The translations under genes were made by a program, and so were the position numbers. A DNA stretch of 64,000 bases from Spirochaetales bacterium (GTDB lineage Bacteria; Spirochaetota; Spirochaetia; JABEVK01): assembly GCA_013044245.1 (NCBI GenBank), contig JABEVK010000104.1, positions 100 to 64,099 of the forward strand, given 5' to 3'. Within the stretch, counting starts at the first letter, position 1. The number at the start of each line of letters is the position of its first letter. The notes beneath the pieces are model-generated. The model saw only the letters and a list, made by a program, of their open reading frames with translations. It was not told where the DNA came from and searched no databases. Of this stretch, positions 1 to 9,948 are shown piece by piece.

Positions 1-108
1 CGAAGGTTCAGGGTCAAGCTTCAACGTCAGCTAAACAAACAAAAAAATTCTCAGTTACATAATGAATTTAAAGGAGTTTAACGTGGTAAGCTTGGCGGGA
101 GTTGTATA

Positions 109-1719
109 GTGAAAAAAATAGCACTCATTTGGGGACTGGTTACCGGGGTTTTTCTTAACACGGGAGTCTTACAGGCTCAAGCCTCGGACCCCAATGACCC
201 TGGTCATCCGTTTCGGGTGAACTTTGGAGCCGTTAGTGTTGGCCTTGACCCCCAAAAAAGTCAGACAACAATAGAAGCTGAAATCTATACAGCTTTATAT
301 GAGGGTCTTGTCGTTTATGATCCCTATTCGCTGAGGCCAGAACCGGGCGCCGCATCGAGCTGGACCACTTCGTCCGACGGAAAGACCGTCACCTTTCACC
401 TTCGTTCGGGACTCAAATTCTCGGATGGAACACCTCTCACGGCTCAAGACTTCGTTGATACGTGGATACGCTTGTTGTCTCCTGCCACCCATGCACCGTA
501 CGCTTCACTTTTGGACATGATCAAAGGAGCAAAAGAATGGCGCGAAGGCAAACTCACTGACAGAACGAAGTTGGGGATTCAAGCCAAAGACGCCCAAACC
601 CTCGTCCTTAGCCTGACAGAACCAGCGCCTGAGTTGTTTCCTATTTTGTGCCATTATGCGTTTGTTCCGCTCGACCCCCACTTTTTAGCAACCGGAAAAG
701 GCTTTCCCGCCTCTAATGGCCCCTACTTAGTCCTCACTAGAACCCCTGAACGCTGGGATTTGATCAAAAATCCCACCTACTGGGATCGCGCTAATGTCAA
801 GATTCCCCATTTAGTTTTTACCTTCAACGATGATGCCGTTAAAGTGACCCAAGAATTTAAGGATGGCTACTACGACTGGCTGGCTGATGGAATCGATGGT
901 TCTGCCATCCTTAGCGACAAACTGATCTCTGCGGTACCCCTCTTTGGAACCACGTTTTTGTACTTTAGGGTTGCGCATTCACCCTGGAATAATCCTTTAG
1001 TTCGCCGTGCCCTCTGGCTTGCCGCTCCTGTGGACGAGCTAAGAAAACCCTATATTCAACCTTGTACGACGCTCATTCCCGAATTTGAAGGCTACCCCTC
1101 ACCCAAGATAAAATCTCAGACTAACGTGGCCGAGGCCAAAAAGCTCCTTGCCCAGGCCGGGTATCCCCTCGGCAAAGGCCTACCACCGGTAACACTCGCC
1201 CTACCCGACGGTTCAGAAAGTCAAAGGATTATGAATCTGCTTAAGGCTTCCTGGAGCGCTCTCGGTGTCACCGTCAAAGAAAAGTTGATATCCGGCTCTT
1301 ATTACGACAAAATTGCCGAAGTTCCTCACACAGTAGGGTATTTCAGCTGGGTTGGGGATTATTTGGACCCCACGACCTTTCTTTTGCTGTGGAAAAAGGA
1401 CTCCTCGTTGAACTCGTTTGGGATGGCTGACCCCGTTTATGACGGCTTTTTAAGTAAGGCAGCCCATTTAACAGGAGAAGCACGATACAAGATGCTCGCC
1501 AAGGCCGAAAGCTACCTGCTGGACAACGGGCTACTCCTCCCGCTCAGCCACTCACCGGGGTTCAATTTGATCGATCGAGAACTGGTCGGGGGCTGGTATC
1601 CTAACCCTCTGGATATCCACCCGTTTAAAAACCTCTATTGGAAACCCTTGCAACCCTGGAAGAATGCGGTAAGGTTTGACTTTTCACAAAAAATGACCTA
1701 TTATCATGGGCATGCCTGA
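109..1719 (+). CDS. ABC transporter substrate-binding protein, peptide/nickel family (OppA/DppA-like)
   Basis: 536-aa ORF from a GTG start preceded by GGGAG. N-terminal signal peptide MKKIALIWGLVTGVFLNTGVLQAQA. Size and composition fit family-5 solute-binding proteins. Confidence 0.8.
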   Translation: MKKIALIWGLVTGVFLNTGVLQAQASDPNDPGHPFRVNFGAVSVGLDPQKSQTTIEAEIYTALYEGLVVYDPYSLRPEPGAASSWTTSSDGKTVTFHLRSGLKFSDGTPLTAQDFVDTWIRLLSPATHAPYASLLDMIKGAKEWREGKLTDRTKLGIQAKDAQTLVLSLTEPAPELFPILCHYAFVPLDPHFLATGKGFPASNGPYLVLTRTPERWDLIKNPTYWDRANVKIPHLVFTFNDDAVKVTQEFKDGYYDWLADGIDGSAILSDKLISAVPLFGTTFLYFRVAHSPWNNPLVRRALWLAAPVDELRKPYIQPCTTLIPEFEGYPSPKIKSQTNVAEAKKLLAQAGYPLGKGLPPVTLALPDGSESQRIMNLLKASWSALGVTVKEKLISGSYYDKIAEVPHTVGYFSWVGDYLDPTTFLLLWKKDSSLNSFGMADPVYDGFLSKAAHLTGEARYKMLAKAESYLLDNGLLLPLSHSPGFNLIDRELVGGWYPNPLDIHPFKNLYWKPLQPWKNAVRFDFSQKMTYYHGHA

Positions 1720-2314
1720 AGATACTTCTCCCAACGGGACCTACCCCTTCCAGATTGACCAAAAGGTGGTTTACCCTCTGCAAGGTGTAGGTACCATCCA
1801 GTTGATTACAGAAAAGATCTTCAAAGGTAAGCCCACACCGTATTACCAAATCTACTTGCCTGTCACTGATATGATTGTCATGATCCCTGTGCACAAGGCT
1901 GTTGAGATTGGCATTCGTAGCATTGTTCCCCAAGAAAAAGCCCAAGAAGCTTTGGCTATTGTTTCGAGTGAGTACGAGCCGGTTACCGCTGACTGGAAGC
2001 TTCGCTATCAGATGAATTTAGACCTTCTCAAAAACGGAGATATAACAGACATCGCGCTCGTGGTGAGGAACCTTTACCACCGGAGTAAAGTGAAAGAACT
2101 GCCGATTTTGGAACGAAAGCTTTATGATAGTGCGATGAAACTGCTCATTGATGAAGTAGCTTTTTCGTTAAACATTGACGTAAAAGAAGTCGAAAAACTT
2201 GTCCACGAAAAACTTGAACCTTTAGCCAAGTTGGTCCATGCCTCTGCTTTTGGCGAAGATTCTGAAGAAGAATTCGAACCCGAAGAAGAGGAAGAAGAAG
2301 AGTACGAGGAGTGA
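1706..2314 (+). CDS. CarD/CdnL-family RNA-polymerase-binding transcription regulator with poly-acidic C-terminal tail
   Basis: N-terminal YPLQGVGTIQ...YYQIYLP...MIVMIP motif typical of the CarD_CdnL_TRCF domain. C-terminus is EDSEEEFEPEEEEEEEYEE. Overlaps the OppA stop by 14 nt. Confidence 0.8.
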   Translation: MGMPEDTSPNGTYPFQIDQKVVYPLQGVGTIQLITEKIFKGKPTPYYQIYLPVTDMIVMIPVHKAVEIGIRSIVPQEKAQEALAIVSSEYEPVTADWKLRYQMNLDLLKNGDITDIALVVRNLYHRSKVKELPILERKLYDSAMKLLIDEVAFSLNIDVKEVEKLVHEKLEPLAKLVHASAFGEDSEEEFEPEEEEEEEYEE

Positions 2315-2967
2315 CGTCCCCTTTAACCTGGCAGAAAGCATTTGAAACGCTTCGTCAAACTCTTGACGAAGATCGTCCGAGCTTGAATGTGTTGGATGCT
2401 GGAGGGGCAAGTCCTTTTCAAATTTTAATTGCAACGATGCTGTCCCTTCGGACAAAAGACGAAGTGACTTTGAAAGCGAGTAGGGCTTTGTTCGCCAAAG
2501 CCAGTACCCCCCAGGCTATGCTAACCCTGTCCGAAGAAGAAATCGCACAAACTATATTTCCCGCCGGGTTTTATAAAACAAAGGCCGGGCATATCCGCGA
2601 AATTTCTCAAATTCTTGTGGATTCGTATCAGGGAACTGTACCTTCTGAAAAAGCAACTCTTCTTGCCTTACCTGGCGTAGGTCCCAAAACGGCAAACTTG
2701 GTTCTCGGCCTCGCCTTTGGGGTACAGTCCATTTGTGTTGATACCCATGTACACCGCATTGCGAACCGCTGGGGATGGGTTCAGACTCATGAACCTGAAG
2801 AAACAGAAAAAGCCTTAGAAGCCCTCCTCCCCCAGGAAGTTTGGATTGAGGTTAATGAGCTTTTGGTTCAATTTGGTCAAACTATTTGTGGGCCAGCCAG
2901 CCCCCACTGCCAGCTGTGTCCGTTGAGTGACTTTTGCCCTCGGATCGGGGTTCTTCACCACCGTTAA
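2311..2967 (+). CDS. nth: endonuclease III (DNA glycosylase/AP lyase)
   Basis: HhH-GPD core (LPGVGPKTANLVL), catalytic Lys/Asp region, and a C-terminal 4Fe-4S cysteine cluster CX6CX2CX5C (CGPASPHCQLCPLSDFC). ATGA start-stop overlap with the upstream gene. Confidence 0.9.
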   Translation: MTSPLTWQKAFETLRQTLDEDRPSLNVLDAGGASPFQILIATMLSLRTKDEVTLKASRALFAKASTPQAMLTLSEEEIAQTIFPAGFYKTKAGHIREISQILVDSYQGTVPSEKATLLALPGVGPKTANLVLGLAFGVQSICVDTHVHRIANRWGWVQTHEPEETEKALEALLPQEVWIEVNELLVQFGQTICGPASPHCQLCPLSDFCPRIGVLHHR

Positions 2968-2976
2968 GAAGCACTG

Positions 2977-3366
2977 ATGAAACTCAGCTTAGCGGTCTTT
3001 TTGTTAACAACCACTTCGCTTTTTGCCGTTGAGCCCCACCTCATACCACTCCTCGAAGATGCTACTCAAAAATCTCGTGAAATTGTCGACAGTCAACCAC
3101 AGCCACAAGAGTTTTCGACTCAGGAGTTGCAATGGCTGAATGCCGAAGCTCAACGACGGTGGGGGGTCCCTTGGCAAGAGCTTTCGCACCAGGGGCGAAA
3201 GGGTGTCCAACGACGGGAATTACTCCTCCGCTGGCTGAACCCTGTCCTTGCCGATCATCCAGGTCCTGCTCCTGCCGACGCAAAACGGCACCCCCCCGCT
3301 GAAAATTGGGTTACCGATACCCCTTGGGGCCTTCCGCATACCCCAAGCTCCCGCTGGCATCCGTGA
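2977..3366 (+). CDS. hypothetical secreted protein
   Basis: ORF with signal peptide (MKLSLAVFLLTTTSLFAV). No recognisable domain. Confidence 0.5.
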   Translation: MKLSLAVFLLTTTSLFAVEPHLIPLLEDATQKSREIVDSQPQPQEFSTQELQWLNAEAQRRWGVPWQELSHQGRKGVQRRELLLRWLNPVLADHPGPAPADAKRHPPAENWVTDTPWGLPHTPSSRWHP

Positions 3367-3419
3367 ACCTTCGGGTGATCTGACTTGACAACTCGTTCAG
3401 CCCTGTCTAGTTTTGTCTC

Positions 3420-4343
3420 ATGACATTCCCCGAGCCCGTTCACGATATTGTTCAAGCTCTCTTAGACTCCTATCACCAGGTGGGGGGTATCAACCACGTG
3501 GATGAGACGCGGCTTCCCTCGATGGAATCGATAGACAACCTACTCTCAGACCTCAAAAGTCTCGTTTTTCCTGGCTTTTATAAGACACTGCAGGTCGTTG
3601 ATGAGGCCACACTCCCTTATGCGACGGCAGAACACCTCTTTCGTGCCGCCAAAGGACTGATGCGAGAAATACAACGCGCCATATGGTATTCCCATTGTAA
3701 AGAATCCCCTCACCATTGGGGTGCCGAGGTGCAAGAGCAGGCCCGTACCGTTGCCTTTGATTTACTCAAGGCCATACCGAACATCCGACGACAAATTCAA
3801 GAAGATGTCCAAGCCATTCTTGATGGTGACCCCGCAGCTCAGTCCGCCGCTGAAGTCATCCTAGCCTACCCAGGAGTCGAGGCAATTTTGGTTTACCGCC
3901 TAGCCCACCTTTTATATGAAGCTCAGGTTCCGTTAATTCCGCGCATGATGAGCGAAATCATCCACCGAAAGACCGGGATTGATATTCACCCGGGAGCCCA
4001 AATTGGTCGCCGGTTTTATATTGATCATGGTACGGGAATCGTCATCGGAGAAACCTGTATTATTGGTGATGAAGTAAAACTCTACCAAGGGGTTACCTTG
4101 GGGGCCCTAGCTGTGCGCAAAAACGAGCAAGCCAAGAAACGTCACCCCACCATCGAAGACCGCGTAACGATCTACGCGGGCGCTACGATTTTAGGCGGAG
4201 AAACCGTAATTGGCAAACATTCAACGGTGGGGGGTAACTGTTGGATCACAGCCTCGGTACCACCCTACTCGATCATCCAAAATCGTCCTCAAGAGCCCAT
4301 TATTATGCCCCGGGACGCCCTCATTATTGACTATCAAATATAG
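3420..4343 (+). CDS. cysE: serine O-acetyltransferase (long form with N-terminal SATase_N domain)
   Basis: Hexapeptide-repeat core IDIHPGAQIGRRFYIDHGTGIVIGETCIIGDEVKLYQGVTLG. N-terminal DPAAQSAAEVILAYPG region. Confidence 0.85.
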   Translation: MTFPEPVHDIVQALLDSYHQVGGINHVDETRLPSMESIDNLLSDLKSLVFPGFYKTLQVVDEATLPYATAEHLFRAAKGLMREIQRAIWYSHCKESPHHWGAEVQEQARTVAFDLLKAIPNIRRQIQEDVQAILDGDPAAQSAAEVILAYPGVEAILVYRLAHLLYEAQVPLIPRMMSEIIHRKTGIDIHPGAQIGRRFYIDHGTGIVIGETCIIGDEVKLYQGVTLGALAVRKNEQAKKRHPTIEDRVTIYAGATILGGETVIGKHSTVGGNCWITASVPPYSIIQNRPQEPIIMPRDALIIDYQI

Positions 4344-4351
4344 GCTGAGGT

Positions 4352-5551
4352 TTACGTTTTAGGGCTGAGCTGGACGCGGTGAAGTTCCTTACCCCATTCA
4401 TCCTCAAATATTAATTCCAAGCCTTGTGGTGTGCCGACTAACACGAGGGAACCTTTATTCCGGGTGGCCCGCCACAGCGAAGCTGGTGATTCGTGGGTCA
4501 CGGGTCGGGCCACTGCTCCACCAGCCCCTACCACGGCATACCGTAACCCTCGATAAGACAGATATTCCAGATGATGCTGATGGCCAGAGACAACCAAACT
4601 AACGCCCCCTGCCTCTAACAAGGGCGCAACCTCGGCTAATGTTTCAGGGTGATCGAACCATGGCCTTCGTTGACCATCAGTCCACCCGGAGCTCGCAAAA
4701 AAACAATGTGAGAGCGCCACTTTCATCCAACCCGGCGGAGTTTCGGCCAGCGACCGTTCAAGCCATTGGTGTTGGGCTTGATCGAAGGTCTCGGTACCCC
4801 ACAATAAATGTAACACAAAAAAGCGAACACTCACCGCTTCGGCACTCACAACATCCCAGGTGTAATACCAAGGTGAGCCAGAACTGGTTTGCTGTTGGGG
4901 AAAAGCTTTCAAAAACAGTTTGTGACCGCCAAAAAGCGCATCATGATTTCCCAAAATTGGTACGAGAGGCACCTGTGTTCCTAAACCCTCACGGAGAATT
5001 TTAAGGGTAAGCCCCCAACCTGCAATACCGCGTTCAACAAAATCGCCTAAGATAACCAGAGCCTGTACGGGGATTTTTGTCGCACGTCTCAAGAGGGCCA
5101 ACGAAGTACCCGTATCAGAGGTAGGGGAATCAAAGTGAGGGTCTGAGGTCAACATTAAGCGCCATTCCCCCTGAACTCGTAGACCTTTTTGAAGGTTGAG
5201 TAAGCGGGGACCTAAGGGAGGAACAAAATTTTTGAAACTTTGACGACGTCTCCAAGCTGAAAAGCCTAAGGAGAGTCCCCCGAAAAGTCCTAGTCCTGCT
5301 CCTGCAAAACTCAAACCCCGCTGCACAGTTTGCCCTATGGGTAAAAAACCCAAAACGGCCAAAGCAACAGGAAGAATTCCGGCAAGAACCATTGGAATTC
5401 GCCAACCTCGCGGCCCCCAGGACCACAGGCCTCGTCCTCCGGGCAAAAAGTAAAGCCACAAGATAGACCAAACCACCGCCACTAACGACAAAGACCCTAG
5501 GAACAGTGCCAAATACGGGTCAAGCCTTGTGGAGGTCAGGAGCTCTTGCAC
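4352..5551 (-). CDS. membrane-anchored metallophosphoesterase (calcineurin-like)
   Basis: N-terminal TM helices. Metallophosphatase motifs (ILGDFVERG, GNHD, GHQHH). Confidence 0.75.
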   Translation of the reverse strand: MQELLTSTRLDPYLALFLGSLSLVAVVWSILWLYFLPGGRGLWSWGPRGWRIPMVLAGILPVALAVLGFLPIGQTVQRGLSFAGAGLGLFGGLSLGFSAWRRRQSFKNFVPPLGPRLLNLQKGLRVQGEWRLMLTSDPHFDSPTSDTGTSLALLRRATKIPVQALVILGDFVERGIAGWGLTLKILREGLGTQVPLVPILGNHDALFGGHKLFLKAFPQQQTSSGSPWYYTWDVVSAEAVSVRFFVLHLLWGTETFDQAQHQWLERSLAETPPGWMKVALSHCFFASSGWTDGQRRPWFDHPETLAEVAPLLEAGGVSLVVSGHQHHLEYLSYRGLRYAVVGAGGAVARPVTHESPASLWRATRNKGSLVLVGTPQGLELIFEDEWGKELHRVQLSPKT

Positions 5552-5560
5552 GAAATAAGG

Positions 5561-6019
5561 TTACGCCGAAACGGTATCTTTAGGTGTAGGATCCCAAAAT
5601 TGTCTGGCCTTGCCTTCCAGAATCATCCGTAACGTCAAGCTAGAAAAATATCCTTGAATCTGGTCAGCCGCCGCTTTCCAGACATCGTAGGTCAGACATT
5701 CGTCAGCCTCGGTACACACCGGGACATTGTCAGAACACGATGTACAGGGAGTTAAGTCGAGTCCTTCGCCTACGGCATCGAAGATTTCTTTTACCGTTAC
5801 TTCTTCTAACGGTCGGTTCAAAGAAAACCCGCCTCCTGGCCCCCGTACCGAGGTGATAATGCCGGCTTTTTTCAGCTTAAAGAAAAGCTGTTCAAGAAAC
5901 TCGGGAGAAACCTTTTCAGCACTAGCAATATCTTTGATGGAGATGGGGCTTCCCTGAGCATTCACGGCGAGAAATAAAATGGCCTTTAGCGCATACCGGC
6001 CCTTGGTTGTAATTCGCAT
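5561..6019 (-). CDS. Rrf2-family transcriptional regulator (IscR/NsrR-like, Fe-S-binding Cys)
   Basis: MRITTKGRYALKAILFLAV wHTH start typical of Rrf2. Cys cluster CTSCSDNVPVCTEADEC. Confidence 0.85.
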   Translation of the reverse strand: MRITTKGRYALKAILFLAVNAQGSPISIKDIASAEKVSPEFLEQLFFKLKKAGIITSVRGPGGGFSLNRPLEEVTVKEIFDAVGEGLDLTPCTSCSDNVPVCTEADECLTYDVWKAAADQIQGYFSSLTLRMILEGKARQFWDPTPKDTVSA

Positions 6020-6138
6020 AATACTCTCCGTCAGGTTAAACCTTTATGAATTATGACACAAAAACTCACCAACCGGCAAGTCCTGCACACCGTTAACTGT
6101 TCCCAAAAGGCTCTCAGCAAATAAATTTTGCCGCTTCT

Positions 6139-7335
6139 TTACTGATTTTCTAGCACCAGAGAGCGAAAACCGCGCCACCGTGCCTCATCTAAAAGCCTAA
6201 ATCCACGATGCTGCTCCAGAAATCGAGACATATCCGTCGACGTCCCCGATATCACCACCCTACCCCGGGGCGACAGAAGAGTTTTTAGTGTCTGTTGAAC
6301 AGAAGAAATCCACGGTACGCGAGGGTGTGACTGCCAATTCATGACGACCAAATCTTGGGGTAGGAGATGACCGCTCAGCAAGGCAAAATCTGCCACCGGA
6401 AGGCTTGAACAAGAGACGTTCTGTTGGGTAGCACGCAATGCTAACAGGTCGGTTCCTGCCACGGTAAGGTCACACTTAGTCAGATCACCTCTTTTTAGCA
6501 TCAGCGCTGAGTGTCCTTGCCCGGGTTCCCAAACAAGAACTCGGTCAACCTTTAGTTTTGCGAGGTTTTCAAGAACCCGAGCCTGAGTTTGGAGCGGGTA
6601 GTCGATGCTATCAAAGTTTGGCAAACCCCAAACCGTAGTCATGCTTCTTCCATCCGTTAAAGTTTGCTGGCACCGCTGATAGGCCGACTTGTCGTCCTGA
6701 ACAGTGGCCCCCGCAGGTCGTCGAAAATGATACACGGCATACCGCAAAGTTCTTTCATGAAGATCAAGCACCCAACCCGCGTCTTGGGCATCGCGTAGCG
6801 TAGCCTCGGCCAGGGGGGCAACGACTACCACTGCCACAACGCCTTCTGGAACGACCAAGGCCAAGAGGCGCTTCCACCACCAGCGCAACACCGGAGCTCC
6901 CGCTTTTGCCGGAATATTCGCAACGACAACATCAAAGGATTGCTCTTCAGCGTCACCCAACAGTGCTGGTTTGACATCAATGGTCAGGTGATTGACCCGG
7001 GCATTCTCGGCTGTAAACGAACACGCCAAGAGTGAACGGTCTCTCGCCTCAACGGATAAGCCGGTGTAACGCTTTGCTAAGGCCAGCGCAAGAGGGCCCG
7101 CTCCACACCCACAATCCAAGGCTTTTCCGGTGAACTCGACCCGCTTTTGTGCCAGAGTCTTGAGCAACAGTAAGGTGCCTTCATCAATTTGGTGCGATGA
7201 GAATAAGGCGTGCGAAACTTTAACGGCCAAATCGACACCGTCAAACCGTAACGGCAAGGATTTGAGTACGTAAGTCGAGGGAAAAGGGTCAAGAAAAAAG
7301 GGCTCCATAACAGCTCCTGAGTTTGGTTTTATCAT
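6139..7335 (-). CDS. two-domain class I SAM-dependent methyltransferase (RsmC/RlmG-like)
   Basis: N-terminal MTS-type domain (LDCGCGAGPLALALAKR...VVANIPAKAG). Second degenerate Rossmann-like domain. Motif IV is NIPA rather than NPPF. Confidence 0.65.
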   Translation of the reverse strand: MIKPNSGAVMEPFFLDPFPSTYVLKSLPLRFDGVDLAVKVSHALFSSHQIDEGTLLLLKTLAQKRVEFTGKALDCGCGAGPLALALAKRYTGLSVEARDRSLLACSFTAENARVNHLTIDVKPALLGDAEEQSFDVVVANIPAKAGAPVLRWWWKRLLALVVPEGVVAVVVVAPLAEATLRDAQDAGWVLDLHERTLRYAVYHFRRPAGATVQDDKSAYQRCQQTLTDGRSMTTVWGLPNFDSIDYPLQTQARVLENLAKLKVDRVLVWEPGQGHSALMLKRGDLTKCDLTVAGTDLLALRATQQNVSCSSLPVADFALLSGHLLPQDLVVMNWQSHPRVPWISSVQQTLKTLLSPRGRVVISGTSTDMSRFLEQHRGFRLLDEARWRGFRSLVLENQ

Positions 7336-7343
7336 AAGTCAAG

Positions 7344-7355
7344 GTTTTGCAAAAC
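7344..7355. promoter_or_regulatory. perfect 12-bp palindrome GTTTTGCAAAAC between divergent methyltransferase genes
   Basis: Read directly from the 61-bp divergent intergenic region. Confidence 0.35.
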
Positions 7356-7396
7356 TTCCCCATTGTGAATAGGCTATCTTATGCTAAAGTGGGAGT

Positions 7397-8542
7397 ATGA
7401 AAACATGGATCACCCCGTGGGGCCCTTTGTCGCTCTCACGGTTTCCCTACGACGATGATCCTGCTCTTCAAGCGTGGAGCGGGGCCGACACCTTTCTTCT
7501 CGAAGATTTTTCCCGCCGCCGCTTACCAGCAGGCACCTTAGTTCTGGTTTATAATGACGCTTTTGGAGCCCTTACCTGTGCCCTCCTCATGGCAGGTTAC
7601 AAAGTCGCCCAAATTTCAGACTCGGCCCTGTCTCAGCGTGCCACCCTCTGGAATGTCGAAGCGAACCACTTGGATGACCAGGACCTATTTCTTCTCGATA
7701 GCCTCAGTGTGCCCGAAGGAGAAGTCGTGTTATATCGACTGCCTCGGTCAACGGACCTTTTAGAATACCAACTGGCACAAATTTCCTCGTACCTGCCAGC
7801 TCAGGGGACCTTCATCGCCACCGGGATGACCAAAGAGATCCATACAACAACCCTCACGTTAATTGAGAATCTTCTCGGCCCAACGACAACCACGCCTGCC
7901 GATTATAAAGCCCGTTTGATTCACACACAGCCTCAGCCTCAACCCCGTCCGGCCTCCCGCTTTCCCTTTCGCTGGTCAATTCCTTCCCTTAACCTCGAAA
8001 TCATTCAGCATGCCGGGGTTTTTAGCGCCGGTCGATTGGACGGCGGCACACGATTATTTTTAGAGCATTTTCCCAAAGCATCACACCTTAATGGTGCCGT
8101 TGTCGACCTGGGTTGCGGAAACGGGCTGTTAGGGCTGGTTGCCGCCAAACGTTCTTTAAGTGCAGATATCTTTTGTGTCGATGAGTCTTTTCTTGCGGTT
8201 TGGTCGGCCCGAGAAAGTTTTCGTATTAATCAGATGGGTGGGCGAGGTAAATTCCTTTGCGGAGATGGTCTAGAAGACTTTGACAAAGCTTCGGTAGATC
8301 TGATCCTCTGCAACCCCCCATTTCACTTTCAAAACGCTCAGACCCTTTCTATAGCGCAAAAAATGTTTCAAATGTCCGTAAAGGTTCTCAAACCCGACGG
8401 AGAACTTTGGGTGGTCGCGAATCGTCACCTTGGCCACCACAAGATTTTAGGGGAACTTTTCCCGCGCGTAGCCACTGTGGCGTATGATGAAAAATATGCT
8501 CTGTTTCGGTGTTTCAAATCGTCAGAGAAATCAGCTCTCTGA
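7397..8542 (+). CDS. rRNA (guanine-N2)-methyltransferase, RlmG/RsmC family
   Basis: N-terminal degenerate domain plus C-terminal active domain (VVDLGCGNGLLGLVAAKR ... LILCNPPFHFQ). Length close to RlmG. Confidence 0.75.
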   Translation: MKTWITPWGPLSLSRFPYDDDPALQAWSGADTFLLEDFSRRRLPAGTLVLVYNDAFGALTCALLMAGYKVAQISDSALSQRATLWNVEANHLDDQDLFLLDSLSVPEGEVVLYRLPRSTDLLEYQLAQISSYLPAQGTFIATGMTKEIHTTTLTLIENLLGPTTTTPADYKARLIHTQPQPQPRPASRFPFRWSIPSLNLEIIQHAGVFSAGRLDGGTRLFLEHFPKASHLNGAVVDLGCGNGLLGLVAAKRSLSADIFCVDESFLAVWSARESFRINQMGGRGKFLCGDGLEDFDKASVDLILCNPPFHFQNAQTLSIAQKMFQMSVKVLKPDGELWVVANRHLGHHKILGELFPRVATVAYDEKYALFRCFKSSEKSAL

Positions 8543-9880
8543 GGGGTCGTCGCCCCCAGGAGCTTGCTCTTTTGGGGGAACTAAGCGTTCTTCGGGGGGG
8601 CGAGTTGAGCCAAAAAACACCCCGAACAAGATGGCACCTAGGGTTTGAATCAAAGCCCCTAGTTCAAAGGGTAAATTTAAGGAAATGTTTTCTATCATGG
8701 GCCCCGCTAGAGACGGACTGATTGCCGAGGTTACTTGCGAGGGCAAGTTGCTCAACGAACTTACCTTGCCTCGTTGAGCATCAGGAACAATTCCCATCAC
8801 GTACGACTGCCTTAAGGGAAGGCCCAATCGCTGTACCATCATTCTCAAAGCATAAAGCACCCCCGCAAGCCAAAAGAAGGGCGCAAGAACCATGGGAATG
8901 ATCATCAAGCCCTGAACGATTCGTGTTACCACTATGCTTCGAACCACACCCCATCGCAAAGCCACTCGCGACGTAAAAACATTTGAGAATAACGAAACGA
9001 CATTGATGAGCATGTACAAAAGTCCGATTTCGACCGCGCTGACACCAAAACGGCGATAGAACCAATATGTAATAAAAGGACCAAAAAAACCTACCGCGAA
9101 GCCATTTAAACTATTAGTCACCGCCAATTGAAGAAGAAGCCGTCTAACCTGACCGGGCGGAAGCACCTTTGCACTATCCTTGTTAACGGGTGAGACCTGA
9201 GATTTCTCGAGAGGAATTTTTCGATCTTTTGCAATACCCAAAGCTAATACCCCTGCCGCCAGGGCACAAGCGCCCGCGACAAAAAATGCCACTGTAAATT
9301 GCTGAGCATGGGGTGTAAGCCCAACGGTGAGATAAATCAAAGGTCCTCCACCGATTAAAGCTCCCAAGGAGGTGGCAAAACCCAGGCGTCCAAACAAAGA
9401 ATTTCGATGCTCCGACGGAATACGAGCGGTTAAATACGCCTGTTCTGCCGGCTGGTAGGGGCCCACCGTACCACCACCGGCACCGCTCCCTCGCCCCAAG
9501 GCACCTATGGCGGCACTAACAAATAAAAACGCTCCCCACTGGCTAAGGGCAAAAATGAAGCCAGCTACAGCCGTAACAAAAGGCATGAGGACCAGAAAAG
9601 AACGACGTCCGAAGCGATCCGATAAAAACCCTATTACTGCGGTTAAAACTGCCGAAGCAGTCGCCGTTGCCGTGAACAATAAGCCAATAAACACCCCATG
9701 AAAACCAAGCTTAGCCAGATCGATAGGAACGAGGATGGCTGCCATAGCCTGTGTGGCGCTCATGAGAGCGTGTGCTATCAAAACTCGCGCAATGTCCCTA
9801 TTCATCCAGGAGGGGGCAAACCAACGATGTGCCCAACTCATCGGTCCAGAATTTCTAGCCATGAGAAAATTGGGCCCCAA
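8531..9880 (-). CDS. MFS transporter
   Basis: 12 predicted TM helices. MFS signature loop (SDRFGRRS). The start may instead be one of the internal Met codons at 9862 or 9841. Confidence 0.75.
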   Translation of the reverse strand: MGPNFLMARNSGPMSWAHRWFAPSWMNRDIARVLIAHALMSATQAMAAILVPIDLAKLGFHGVFIGLLFTATATASAVLTAVIGFLSDRFGRRSFLVLMPFVTAVAGFIFALSQWGAFLFVSAAIGALGRGSGAGGGTVGPYQPAEQAYLTARIPSEHRNSLFGRLGFATSLGALIGGGPLIYLTVGLTPHAQQFTVAFFVAGACALAAGVLALGIAKDRKIPLEKSQVSPVNKDSAKVLPPGQVRRLLLQLAVTNSLNGFAVGFFGPFITYWFYRRFGVSAVEIGLLYMLINVVSLFSNVFTSRVALRWGVVRSIVVTRIVQGLMIIPMVLAPFFWLAGVLYALRMMVQRLGLPLRQSYVMGIVPDAQRGKVSSLSNLPSQVTSAISPSLAGPMIENISLNLPFELGALIQTLGAILFGVFFGSTRPPEERLVPPKEQAPGGDDPSES

Positions 9881-9948
9881 ATAGAAGCTTTCCGCAAGGG
9901 AAACTGTGCCCCGAGGACGAGATTTATGAAATCGTTAAGAAAAGCGTG

